Source of the DNA: an uncultured Desulfosarcina sp.
Lineage (GTDB): Bacteria; Desulfobacterota; Desulfobacteria; Desulfobacterales; Desulfosarcinaceae
Direction: 5' to 3'
Length of the DNA stretch: 64,000 nt
Assembly: GCA_963674945.2 (NCBI GenBank)
Contig: CAXXWQ010000004.1
Location: 480,001 to 544,000, forward strand
In this document: piece after piece, positions 49,116 through 58,017 of the stretch
How the letters are laid out: each line of letters starts with the position of its first letter
How positions within the stretch are numbered: position 1 is the first letter of the stretch
The notes under the pieces: generated by a model
The model's input: only the letters and a program-made list of their open reading frames with translations
Databases searched by the model: none
What the model was told of the DNA's origin: nothing
Translations under genes and position numbers: made by a program

Positions 49116-49191
49116 GGCGGTGTAGCCAAGTGGCTAAGGCAGAGGCCTGCAACACCTCAATTCAGTGGTTCGATTCCACTCACCGCCTCCA
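49116..49191 (+). tRNA. tRNA-Cys (GCA), atypical
   Basis: 76-nt cloverleaf: acceptor GGCGGTG/CACCGCC, U73, encoded CCA; D-arm GCC/GGC; anticodon loop CTGCAAC; T-arm AGTGG-TTCGATT-CCACT; C31-A39 mismatch. Confidence 0.9.
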
Positions 49192-49260
49192 AACTTTGAA
49201 TTAAAATTGTCGGTTAAAACCGGCGCAAAAATCAGTGACAATAAAGAAGGTGGCCGGCAA

Positions 49261-50340
49261 ATGGCTTTACTATCTGTGAAAGCGCCCTGTATTCGTGCGG
49301 TTACTTCATGCGTTCCCAATAATCATTTTGACAACCTATCAGAGAAAAGTTTCTTTACACAGAAAGAAGTTCACAAAATCGTTCGCTTGGCAGGGGTACA
49401 CCGGCGCAGTTTGGCAGGAGAGACGGTGTGTAGCAGTGATTTATGTGAAGCTGCTGCACATGATGTGTTGACCAATTTGGATTGGTCACCGAATACGGTG
49501 GATGCTTTGATTATGGTAACTCAGTCTCCAGATTATTTATTGCCATCAACTGCATGCTTACTTCAACACAAGCTGGGGTTATCGACCGACTGCCTGGCCT
49601 TTGACATCGGGCTGGGTTGTTCCGGTTATACCTACGGGCTCATGGTTGTTGCATCAATGATGGAAAATAACTTTATTAAACGCGCATTGATGCTGCATGG
49701 TGAAACGCCTTCGCGATTTGCCCACCCTGAAGATCGAACAGTGGCTTTACTTTTTGGCGATGCAGGATCAGCCACCGCAATTGAAGCTCGGCAGGATGGC
49801 TTTGCTGAAAACTGGCATTTCAGTCTTCATACCGATGGCAGTGGTTATGACGATCTGATTATAAGAGGGGGGGGCTTTCGGAACCGAATCCCTGAGACCC
49901 CGTCAGATCATTTCGTACACATGAACGGGGCAAATATTTTCAATTTTACCATTAAACGGGTTCCTGTTCTGATTTCTGATACGCTGCGTTTTGCAGGCAT
50001 GAATGCCGATCAGATCGATTACTTTATTTTTCATCAATCCAACCTGTTTATCATGCGTCATCTGATTAATAAAATTGGCGTTCCATTGGAAAAAGCGCCG
50101 TTTACAATTGGTGAGTTTGGAAGTGCCGGTGGCCCTTCTGTTCCATTAACCATAACGAACGGACAATTGAACAGGCCTTCTGATAGATCTTTGTTATTAC
50201 TGTTAGTCTCATATGGAGTAGGGTTGTCCTGGGGATCGGCATTAGTCGATCTTCCTCCTGATGCAATATTGAACCATATCCAGCTTAAGGAGCAGGGTGT
50301 ATATGAAGAAAAGGCGACCGATGGATGTACGCTAAAATGA
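49261..50340 (+). CDS. 3-oxoacyl-ACP synthase III (FabH)-like protein
   Basis: TQSPDYLLPSTAC, FDIGLGCSG (Cys), LFGDAGSATA, FHQSN (His), FGSAGG (Ser at the Asn site) and GVGLSWG. Confidence 0.9.
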   Translation: MALLSVKAPCIRAVTSCVPNNHFDNLSEKSFFTQKEVHKIVRLAGVHRRSLAGETVCSSDLCEAAAHDVLTNLDWSPNTVDALIMVTQSPDYLLPSTACLLQHKLGLSTDCLAFDIGLGCSGYTYGLMVVASMMENNFIKRALMLHGETPSRFAHPEDRTVALLFGDAGSATAIEARQDGFAENWHFSLHTDGSGYDDLIIRGGGFRNRIPETPSDHFVHMNGANIFNFTIKRVPVLISDTLRFAGMNADQIDYFIFHQSNLFIMRHLINKIGVPLEKAPFTIGEFGSAGGPSVPLTITNGQLNRPSDRSLLLLLVSYGVGLSWGSALVDLPPDAILNHIQLKEQGVYEEKATDGCTLK

Positions 50341-51113
50341 AAATAATGGACACAGAACCCTTTATCGATTTTGAAGGACAACGTGTTGTCGTTTCCGGCG
50401 CTACATCCGGGATTGGCGAAGCCATTACGTTGATGCTAGACCGATGCAACGCGACTGTCATTTTACTTGGGAGAAACTCGGATAAACTCGCCAGGATAAG
50501 AAAAAAGATACGATCGGAAAAGCATACAACCTTGATGATCGATCTGAACGAACTGGAAGCAATCAACGGCGAGATAAGAAAAGCTGCAAGGGAATATGGC
50601 CCCATCTATGGGCTCTGCCATGCTGCTGGCATCGTTGAAACAAGGCCGTTGGATGCATTTAATATGGCAACCTTTCAATCAATGATCAATATCAACCTCA
50701 CTGCAGGATTAGAGTTGGCAAAGGCCGTTTGCAGACGTGATGTGATGTCCAAAGAGGGTGGTTCGGTGCTGTTCATTTCATCGATTTACAGTAATGTTGG
50801 GATGCCTGGGCAAATCGGATACTGCGCCACCAAGGGAGGTGTCGTATCTGCTGCAAGGGCCATGGCAGTCGAGCTTGCCAGGCGAAATATCCGTGTCAAC
50901 TGCCTCTCCCCTGGCTTGGTAAGAACACCCATGACAGACGTGGCCTTGTCTAAACTGCCTCCCGAACATGTCGAGCAATTGGAAAAATCTCACCCACTGG
51001 GAACAGGAAAACCAGAGGATGTGGCAATGGCAGCGGTATTCCTTCTATCACCGCAAAACAGATGGGCTACAGGTACCAATTTTGTTGTGGATGGTGGCTA
51101 TTCAGCAAAATAA
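50337..51113 (+). CDS. SDR family oxidoreductase (FabG-like)
   Basis: SGATSGIG, HAAG, YCATK and NCLSPG; ATGA overlap with the fabH-like gene. Confidence 0.9.
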   Translation: MKIMDTEPFIDFEGQRVVVSGATSGIGEAITLMLDRCNATVILLGRNSDKLARIRKKIRSEKHTTLMIDLNELEAINGEIRKAAREYGPIYGLCHAAGIVETRPLDAFNMATFQSMININLTAGLELAKAVCRRDVMSKEGGSVLFISSIYSNVGMPGQIGYCATKGGVVSAARAMAVELARRNIRVNCLSPGLVRTPMTDVALSKLPPEHVEQLEKSHPLGTGKPEDVAMAAVFLLSPQNRWATGTNFVVDGGYSAK

Positions 51114-51133
51114 TCAAAAAATGTTGGGGAAAG

Positions 51134-51370
51134 ATGGATGTTCAGAGCGCACTAGCATGCATCGCTGAAATTTTTCAAGAGCCCGTTAATAGAATCACTC
51201 CGGAGACTCCGCGGGAAGAGATACCGGCATGGGATTCTTTAGGTGTACTTACACTAATTGCAGAGTTGGATGAAACGTTTGATATCCTTCTTGAAGACGA
51301 GGATATTGAAAAATTGAGAACAGTTGGGGATATTCTTGATATTTTTAAAGATAACAATAAATTACAATAA
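51134..51370 (+). CDS. Acyl carrier protein
   Basis: 78-aa acidic protein with the WDSLG phosphopantetheine motif. Confidence 0.9.
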   Translation: MDVQSALACIAEIFQEPVNRITPETPREEIPAWDSLGVLTLIAELDETFDILLEDEDIEKLRTVGDILDIFKDNNKLQ

Positions 51371-51390
51371 AATGCGAGCGAAATAGGACG

Positions 51391-51849
51391 ATGCGTTTTA
51401 TTCTAGTTGACCGGATTTTGGAAATGATACCCGGCCAATCGATCAAGGCCTTAAAATATGTCAATCCTGATGAAGAATATTTCAAAGATCACTTCCCCGG
51501 ATTTCCCATCGTACCCGGCGTGCTGCTATCCGAAATGATGGCGCAGTGCGCTGGGAAGTGCCTTGATGCCGAAATGTTAGCCCGCGGAAAAGCAATGTTG
51601 GCTCGGATTACCCGAGCGGACTTCAGACATTGGGTTCGACCAGGACAAGATTGTATCCTTTTCTCAAAAATCAAAAAGAGCCGGTTTCAATATGCCACTG
51701 CAGAAACATGGATTGAAGTTTTGGATACAAAAGTCTGTTCAGCAGAATTGATGTTCTCGTTTTTACCGATAGATAAATTTGCCCAAGGCTATACTGACAC
51801 TGTTCTGGATGACTTTTTTAGAAATAGAAATGGGAAAAACCATGTCTGA
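51391..51849 (+). CDS. FabZ/FabA-like 3-hydroxyacyl-ACP dehydratase
   Basis: FILVDRI and YFKDHFPGFPIVPGVLLSEMMAQ. Confidence 0.92.
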   Translation: MRFILVDRILEMIPGQSIKALKYVNPDEEYFKDHFPGFPIVPGVLLSEMMAQCAGKCLDAEMLARGKAMLARITRADFRHWVRPGQDCILFSKIKKSRFQYATAETWIEVLDTKVCSAELMFSFLPIDKFAQGYTDTVLDDFFRNRNGKNHV

Positions 51850-52609
51850 ACAGCAGTTTTCGCTAATGGGAAAAAAGGCCTTAATAACCGGCGGGACTCG
51901 TGGTATCGGCAAGGCCATTGCGATGCGCTTTGCCCGTTCGGGCGCATCGGTTATTGCCAACCATGTGCGTGACGTTAAATCAGCCTCGAAATTTAAAACA
52001 GATATAGACGACGAGGATCTTGACATCCATATTTGCAGGGCAGACGTGACAAGTCAAAAAGGCATCGACAAACTGATTGAATCAGTCCTCCATCGATTTG
52101 GTAAACTATCAATTCTCGTGCATTGTGCGGCGACGGGTATCCATCGTCCAATGGTTGAACTCAGCGTAAGAGAATTTGATTTTGTCTACGCATTGAATGT
52201 AAGGGCTTTTTTCGACATTGTCCTTCGATTGATACCGACTTTTGAAAATAAAGGAGGGAGCATACTGGCGATATCCTCTGAGGGTGCCGTCCGTGTTGTA
52301 CCTCAATATTCATTAGTCGGATCTTCAAAAGGAGCGTTGGAATCGTTGGTTCGGCATATGGCTATTGATTTTGCACAACTCAGTATTCGTGTCAATACAA
52401 TCTCCGCCGGTTCGGTAATGACAGATGCATGGAAGGTTCTACCCAACGCCGAGCAACGTCTGACAGAAGCTTGTGATCGTTCACCGCGTAATCGGCTCAC
52501 GACACCTGATGAAATCGCATACGTTGCACAATTCCTCTGTTCAGAAGCTTCAGACGGTATCGTTGGACAAACCATCGTTGTGGACGGAGGGACGAGTATC
52601 GTTTCATAA
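51842..52609 (+). CDS. SDR enoyl-ACP reductase (FabL-like)
   Basis: TGGTRGIG and the Y-x6-K motif YSLVGSSK typical of FabL/FabI. Confidence 0.82.
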   Translation: MSEQQFSLMGKKALITGGTRGIGKAIAMRFARSGASVIANHVRDVKSASKFKTDIDDEDLDIHICRADVTSQKGIDKLIESVLHRFGKLSILVHCAATGIHRPMVELSVREFDFVYALNVRAFFDIVLRLIPTFENKGGSILAISSEGAVRVVPQYSLVGSSKGALESLVRHMAIDFAQLSIRVNTISAGSVMTDAWKVLPNAEQRLTEACDRSPRNRLTTPDEIAYVAQFLCSEASDGIVGQTIVVDGGTSIVS

Positions 52610-52667
52610 ACAAAACAATGGAAGTATTGACCCCTTGCAATAGAAGTAAGGAAATGGATAATCTCGA

Positions 52668-53762
52668 ATGCTTACCGAGAAACCTCGTCTGCCGGTTCGT
52701 GAAATTCTCCTTATAGGCTTTTTGCCTTCACCCTTAAAAAAGTTAATATATCGCCTCAAAGGTTATCGTTTTGGTAAAAGTGTTTCTATCGGAATCGGTG
52801 CTGTTATATGCGCGCGGCAGGTTGTTATCGGCGACAATTCTCAAATTGGTTTTTTTTCAATAATCCGCGGTGAACGCATACGGATTGGATCTCATGTCAA
52901 AATAGGTGCCACAACGTTTATTGATACGCCCTATCTGGAAATTGGAGACGAGACTAAAATCAACGAGCAGGTTTTTATCGGCGGGTTACAGTTTCCAAAT
53001 GCGTCAATTAAAATAGGCCGAAACTGTCAGATCATGCAAATGTCATTCATCAATCCCACCCGATCGATCACCATCGGCGACGATACGGGAATCGGTGGAC
53101 ACAGTCTTATTTTTGGACACACGTCCTGGCTAAGTCAGTTTGAAGGCTATCCTGTTGAATTTGCGGATATAGAGATTGGCAACAGTGTTTCCATCGCCTG
53201 GCGTGTGTTTGTCCTTCCGGGAACCAAAATCGGTGATGGTGCAGTAGTGGGTGCCAATTCTCTGGTCCATCGAATAATCCCCCCTCGCTGTTTGGCAGTA
53301 GGCTTCCCAGCTAGAGTGGTTTCCAAAACACCTGAGTTTCCCAAACCAATGACATATGATGACAAAAAGAGACTTTTAAGACACGTTGTTAATGAATTCA
53401 TACATTTTCTTCAAGATTCTCATATTATTACACGTACCATTGAAGATGGTTTATACGAAATCAAGCAATCCCGCCGAATGGCACTTTTTCTGAGACGAAA
53501 AAACACCTGGCAGATGAGGGTATTTTATGACCCAATAGAAGCGATGCCAACCGCCAGGTGCAAGCACCCTTCGGTTTTCTTGTGTTTGGGACCTATCAAA
53601 GATGAAGTGAGAAAAGACATTGAGGCAATAGGTTATATGTGGATCGATATAGAGAACAAAACGCGTAGTGACTACGGCAATCCACTGGGTGAAGAGGTTG
53701 TTCAGTATTTAAAACGTTATGGTGTTCGTCTAGTCAGATACAAAGCGTTGATAGCCAATTAG
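52668..53762 (+). CDS. Long hexapeptide-repeat (LbH) acyltransferase with a C-terminal extension
   Basis: Many IG-x-x-x-x-I repeats; VLPGTKIGDGAVVGANS; AVGFPARVV. Confidence 0.82.
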   Translation: MLTEKPRLPVREILLIGFLPSPLKKLIYRLKGYRFGKSVSIGIGAVICARQVVIGDNSQIGFFSIIRGERIRIGSHVKIGATTFIDTPYLEIGDETKINEQVFIGGLQFPNASIKIGRNCQIMQMSFINPTRSITIGDDTGIGGHSLIFGHTSWLSQFEGYPVEFADIEIGNSVSIAWRVFVLPGTKIGDGAVVGANSLVHRIIPPRCLAVGFPARVVSKTPEFPKPMTYDDKKRLLRHVVNEFIHFLQDSHIITRTIEDGLYEIKQSRRMALFLRRKNTWQMRVFYDPIEAMPTARCKHPSVFLCLGPIKDEVRKDIEAIGYMWIDIENKTRSDYGNPLGEEVVQYLKRYGVRLVRYKALIAN

Positions 53763-53779
53763 GCAAGATCATTTTATCA

Positions 53780-55138
53780 GTGAAAAGAAGATTTTTTCTT
53801 AAGCAGTTGATTCAATACCTATCCTCATTGGCGCTCTTTCCCAATCGCATGGTCAGCGCAAAATCGACAGGACGCCCTCATTTGAAACAAAATCCTCGAG
53901 CAGTTGTATACCGGGCGTTAAATGGAAAGCCGGATCAAAATATTTTTAAAGTAATAGAACTGATGGGAGGGATTGATCAATTTGTTGGTGTAAATGATGT
54001 GGTCGCCATAAAACCGAATGTTCAGTGGTGGAACCATGGCGTACCCAATTTGAGCGCTGTCAAAATGCTTGTGGATATAATATTCAATCGAAGCGGTGGG
54101 TTCGACGGTGAAGTAGTGATTTTTGAAAACGTCCATCGTGGCAATTTACCTTGGAAACATGCAGGATGGGCACGAAATTTCGATCATAATTCAGACATAG
54201 AAGAGATAAAGAATTATAATGACTTGTGCGGTCATTTAAAGGATAAATATGGCGATTGCTTCTCCACTATACATTTAATTAACCGTAAAGATGGCGGCAA
54301 GCGAGTTTATAGCCCATCCGAGGGTGCCGGATATGTTTATTGTGACGGCACCGGTGGCCAACCGTTGCTTTCTATGGACAATGGTTCCAATAACGATCAT
54401 TTCCGAAGAGTCATTATGACATATCCAATTTTTAAAACGGACAATGGAACCGTTGTGGACTTTAAAAATGGGGTTTGGGAATCCGATGAATATTCAAAAA
54501 AAAAGCAAGTCAGATTCATCAACATTGCCGGAATTAATCACCATAGTACGTGGTGTGGGATTAGCAGTACGATTAAGAATTATCTTGGCGTCTGTGATCT
54601 AAGTGGTGGACCTGATCCCGATCAAGACGGAAAGTTGATTGATGATTGCTATAATTTTCATTCGTTTGCTTTCGACAAATGGGCTCCTGGCCCTGAAAAA
54701 GGAATGATCGGTGCAGAGATTGGTGTATTTATGGAAAAAATTCGCAGAGCTGATCTGAATATAGTTACTGCGGAATGGGTAGGACTGGCCGATCGCACAG
54801 TCCCTCCCGTTTCACATACTAGGTGTGTAGCCGCTTCTACCGATCCGGTTGCGTTGGATTATCACTGTTCAAAGTATATCCTCCATTCAAATTCCAAGAT
54901 TATGTTTCATGACCCTGATAATTTGGACAGCCCAACGCATCAATACGTCAAAACCTGTTCTGATCACGGTGGTGGAATTTTCAACGAAAATTATGTCAGA
55001 TTAGTGGCCTTTGATCACAATATTAATCTGGTGCAGAAAGGAAGTGAAGCTGCTATTATTGGTGATATATACTGGGGAAATAACATAAAATATATATTTA
55101 AGTTCTTATTGATGCGCTATTTTTATTTCATTTTATAA
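53780..55138 (+). CDS. Tat-exported DUF362-like protein
   Basis: KRRFFLK signal; MGGIDQFV..NDVVAIKPN; INHH...GISSTIKNYLG; ASTDPVALD. Confidence 0.72.
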   Translation: MKRRFFLKQLIQYLSSLALFPNRMVSAKSTGRPHLKQNPRAVVYRALNGKPDQNIFKVIELMGGIDQFVGVNDVVAIKPNVQWWNHGVPNLSAVKMLVDIIFNRSGGFDGEVVIFENVHRGNLPWKHAGWARNFDHNSDIEEIKNYNDLCGHLKDKYGDCFSTIHLINRKDGGKRVYSPSEGAGYVYCDGTGGQPLLSMDNGSNNDHFRRVIMTYPIFKTDNGTVVDFKNGVWESDEYSKKKQVRFINIAGINHHSTWCGISSTIKNYLGVCDLSGGPDPDQDGKLIDDCYNFHSFAFDKWAPGPEKGMIGAEIGVFMEKIRRADLNIVTAEWVGLADRTVPPVSHTRCVAASTDPVALDYHCSKYILHSNSKIMFHDPDNLDSPTHQYVKTCSDHGGGIFNENYVRLVAFDHNINLVQKGSEAAIIGDIYWGNNIKYIFKFLLMRYFYFIL

Positions 55139-55178
55139 TTTTGTGAAATATTTCAAATAAATTCTAAATATTTTTATC

Positions 55179-56744
55179 GTACGCATTCACAGGGTAACAC
55201 CCATTGGATTAAATCCAGGAAAGGTTTGGCTCTAAATTTCGAAAATAGGAAGTAATGCACTCCACGAGAAAAGGAAAAGTCTGCTTTGCTTGTAAGCGAC
55301 AGGTTTCTTTCAGTGACAATATCCGCTCAACCCAACGGTTTCCTTTCTCGCTTTGGGTGCCAAGGCTTCGTTTCCGCCACAATACACCAAAGCGTAGCGC
55401 TCTTTCGGCACGATTGTTTGTGGGATCGACGCCCTTGTGATCCATAAACACCCATAGGTTGTTCATTTCCCGGATGATCTGCCGAGCGAGTTTTCCTGCA
55501 TCCGTTTTATCGGGTTCCCAAAGGGACACGGTAAACAAGAAGAATGTATAAAAATCCGACCATTGCTTTGGGTCGGGTGGCTCTTTGGCAAACGATACCA
55601 GTTGTCTCAACCAAGCGGCGACGATTTCTCCGAAGCGACGTAAATCCGGCTTCTTTCTCTCCGCCAGAGAATCGGCCTTACGGATTAGATGAGCCAGGCA
55701 CGTCTGGCGGTGAACCCATTTTTGATACAGGCCGTAACCGTCGCTGACCAGAATGCCGTTCCAGTCCTGGATGAGTGCTTCGAAAGCCACCTTGGAGCGA
55801 TGCGGGTCTATGCGATAGAAAGCAACCCGCTCGTTGACCATGGCCCACAGCCAGTGCAGATCGTTTTCTGTAAACCAGGAGGTCTCATCGATATAATTGC
55901 ACCAGAAACTTCTGGCGATACCCCCGATACGTTCATACACAGGCAAAATCGCCATTGAAGTGCGGTCAACGATTTTTTGGATCGTCCCCGTAGCAATGGG
56001 AATGTCTAACACAGAGTCGCATAACTGCTTTACGTCCATTCGGCTCATCCCTTTAATACCGCTTAATTCACCAACAAATGCGGTAAATCGGGGACCGTAT
56101 CCGCTCGACAGGGCAGATGGCAGCTTGGCTTTGACAACCTTCCCGCAATTGGGGCAATCGCACTTGTGCAGAATATAGTGGCTGACTTCCATTTCGATTT
56201 TGGGAAGTTCGATCTGTTGATGGGTGTAAAAAGGCTTCATCTTTTCCTGATCGAACACCGAATGACCACAACTGCAGCATTTTGGCATCAACGAATGTTG
56301 CTTTGTCGGCTCGAGCAGTTGTTGCTGGTGCGGTTTGTGTCCTTTTTGTCCGCCTTTGGATCGCTTGCTCTTTTTCTGTTTTCTTTTCTGCTTGCTAAAA
56401 GGCGGATCGGATGAGGGCGGTTTACTGGAATTACGAGAATTCATTTTGGTCTGGACTTCAAGTTTCTCTATGCGTTTTTCATGGGTCTCAACCCATTTTT
56501 GCATATCATGAAGCGCCTGTTCCAGATATAGGATGTAATTTCTCACCGCCTCTGGTGTCAGTTGCCAATCGAGTTCTGAAAATGGTCTTTTGAGTGCCAT
56601 GAAAAGCACTCTAACATAGTTAAAAGAAAAAATCTAGATTTATTTTAAATTATTTCAGGCAGTTACGGTGCACACAATTTATGCTTTGTTTTCAATGGGT
56701 TAAAGGCCATGATGTCAGCCCTAAAATGCCCCGTGAACGGTTAC
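55179..56744 (-). mobile_element. Complete IS66-family (single-ORF, ISBst12-like) insertion sequence, 1566 bp
   Basis: Imperfect terminal IRs GTACGCATTCACAGGG (55179) and CCCCGTGAACGGTTAC (56729-56744). The 8-bp target duplication TTTTTATC is at 55171-55178 and 56745-56752. Confidence 0.93.
55209..56600 (-). CDS. IS66 family transposase
   Basis: NSRNSSKPPSSD, GGQKGHK, zinc finger, IDETSW, LVSDGY, QTCLAHLIR and PTNNRAERALR. Confidence 0.95.
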   Translation of the reverse strand: MALKRPFSELDWQLTPEAVRNYILYLEQALHDMQKWVETHEKRIEKLEVQTKMNSRNSSKPPSSDPPFSKQKRKQKKSKRSKGGQKGHKPHQQQLLEPTKQHSLMPKCCSCGHSVFDQEKMKPFYTHQQIELPKIEMEVSHYILHKCDCPNCGKVVKAKLPSALSSGYGPRFTAFVGELSGIKGMSRMDVKQLCDSVLDIPIATGTIQKIVDRTSMAILPVYERIGGIARSFWCNYIDETSWFTENDLHWLWAMVNERVAFYRIDPHRSKVAFEALIQDWNGILVSDGYGLYQKWVHRQTCLAHLIRKADSLAERKKPDLRRFGEIVAAWLRQLVSFAKEPPDPKQWSDFYTFFLFTVSLWEPDKTDAGKLARQIIREMNNLWVFMDHKGVDPTNNRAERALRFGVLWRKRSLGTQSEKGNRWVERILSLKETCRLQAKQTFPFLVECITSYFRNLEPNLSWI

Positions 56745-56829
56745 TTTTTATCAATCTGCAAATCATTATGATTTTGTATTTATATATATTTTAATCTATT
56801 TTTCAGTTTTAGACTTAACTAGGGAGTTT

Positions 56830-57876
56830 ATGTTTCAATTTTCTATCGAAAGTGAAAAAGATATGAGTGAATGGGATAATTATGTATTCTCTCATCCACT
56901 TGCTACACCATTCCATTTATCTTCATGGCTTAATACTATTTACCATACCTATAAATTTTATCCACTATTGTTTGTGAACAGAGATTCTGAAAAAAATATA
57001 TCAGGTATTTTTCCTTCATTTTATATAAATAGCGTTTTAAATGGTAAAAGGATTGTTTCAATTCCATTTTCAGATTATGGTGGACCTTTATGTACTGATA
57101 ATTCAAAGATGGCTGAATATGCAAACTTTTTAATTGATAATTATAGAAATCGTGTCAAGTATTTTGAATTTCGATGCTCATTTTCTCTTAACAATAAAAG
57201 CACATATAATAATTTTTATAAAAAACATATTCTTGAATTATCGAAAGACCCCAGTGAAATAAAAAGTAAATTAAATAAACGAACAATTCAATATTCAATC
57301 AGAAAAGCTTCAGATGCAGGGGTAGTGATAAAAGAAGATAATACAGTGAATGGATTATTAGAATTTTTCAGGCTGAATTATTTAACGCGAAAAAAGCATG
57401 GTGTTCCAACGCAACCCAAAAAATACTTTAATACTTTATTTCAGAATGTAATTAAAAATAATTTGGGTCAAATATATTTAGCATATATTAATAATAAAAT
57501 AATTGCAGCTTCATTATTTTTAATTTTTAGAGACACTATACATTATAAATATAATGCATCGGATCCTAAAAATTTGAAGGAATTCAAACCGAATCATTTG
57601 CTAACATGGAAAGCTATCGAAAAAGCTTGTATCGATGGTTATAAGTATTTTGATTTCGGTAGGACCGCTATTTCCAATAAAGGCTTAATGAGATACAAAA
57701 AGATGTGGGGGGCCATTCCAAGAGATTGTGAATATAGTTATTATCCTGAAGCAATGGGCGTAAACTCAATAGATGAAAATAAATTTATTTATAAAATATT
57801 AACTAATTCATGGAGATTACTACCGAACTTTATTGATCAAAAAATAAGCAATGTCCTTTATAAACATATGGCCTAA
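56830..57876 (+). CDS. FemAB-like GNAT-fold protein (polysaccharide-cluster type)
   Basis: WDNYVFSHPLATPFHLSSW, SIPFSDYGGP, HGVP, PNHLLTW, FDFGRT and YKKMWGA. Confidence 0.85.
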   Translation: MFQFSIESEKDMSEWDNYVFSHPLATPFHLSSWLNTIYHTYKFYPLLFVNRDSEKNISGIFPSFYINSVLNGKRIVSIPFSDYGGPLCTDNSKMAEYANFLIDNYRNRVKYFEFRCSFSLNNKSTYNNFYKKHILELSKDPSEIKSKLNKRTIQYSIRKASDAGVVIKEDNTVNGLLEFFRLNYLTRKKHGVPTQPKKYFNTLFQNVIKNNLGQIYLAYINNKIIAASLFLIFRDTIHYKYNASDPKNLKEFKPNHLLTWKAIEKACIDGYKYFDFGRTAISNKGLMRYKKMWGAIPRDCEYSYYPEAMGVNSIDENKFIYKILTNSWRLLPNFIDQKISNVLYKHMA

Positions 57877-58017
57877 TCCATTGTAGTGGATTACTCTTTT
57901 ATAAATTTTATTTTTAAGACTTCAATATTTATGTTTTTAAAATTTATTTGCATGTTTTCATTGAAGGGACTTAATTTTTTTTGATCAAATTTTCAATTTA
58001 ATTTGGTTAATTATTTA

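Noticed and set aside
49116..49191. tRNA as the attachment site of an integrative element
   Set aside because: I saw no integrase and no duplicate of the tRNA 3' end in this window. It cannot be excluded beyond the window edge.
49165..49260. N-terminal extension of the FabH-like ORF
   Set aside because: It overlaps the tRNA-Cys T-arm. ATG 49261 with an upstream AAGG is more plausible.
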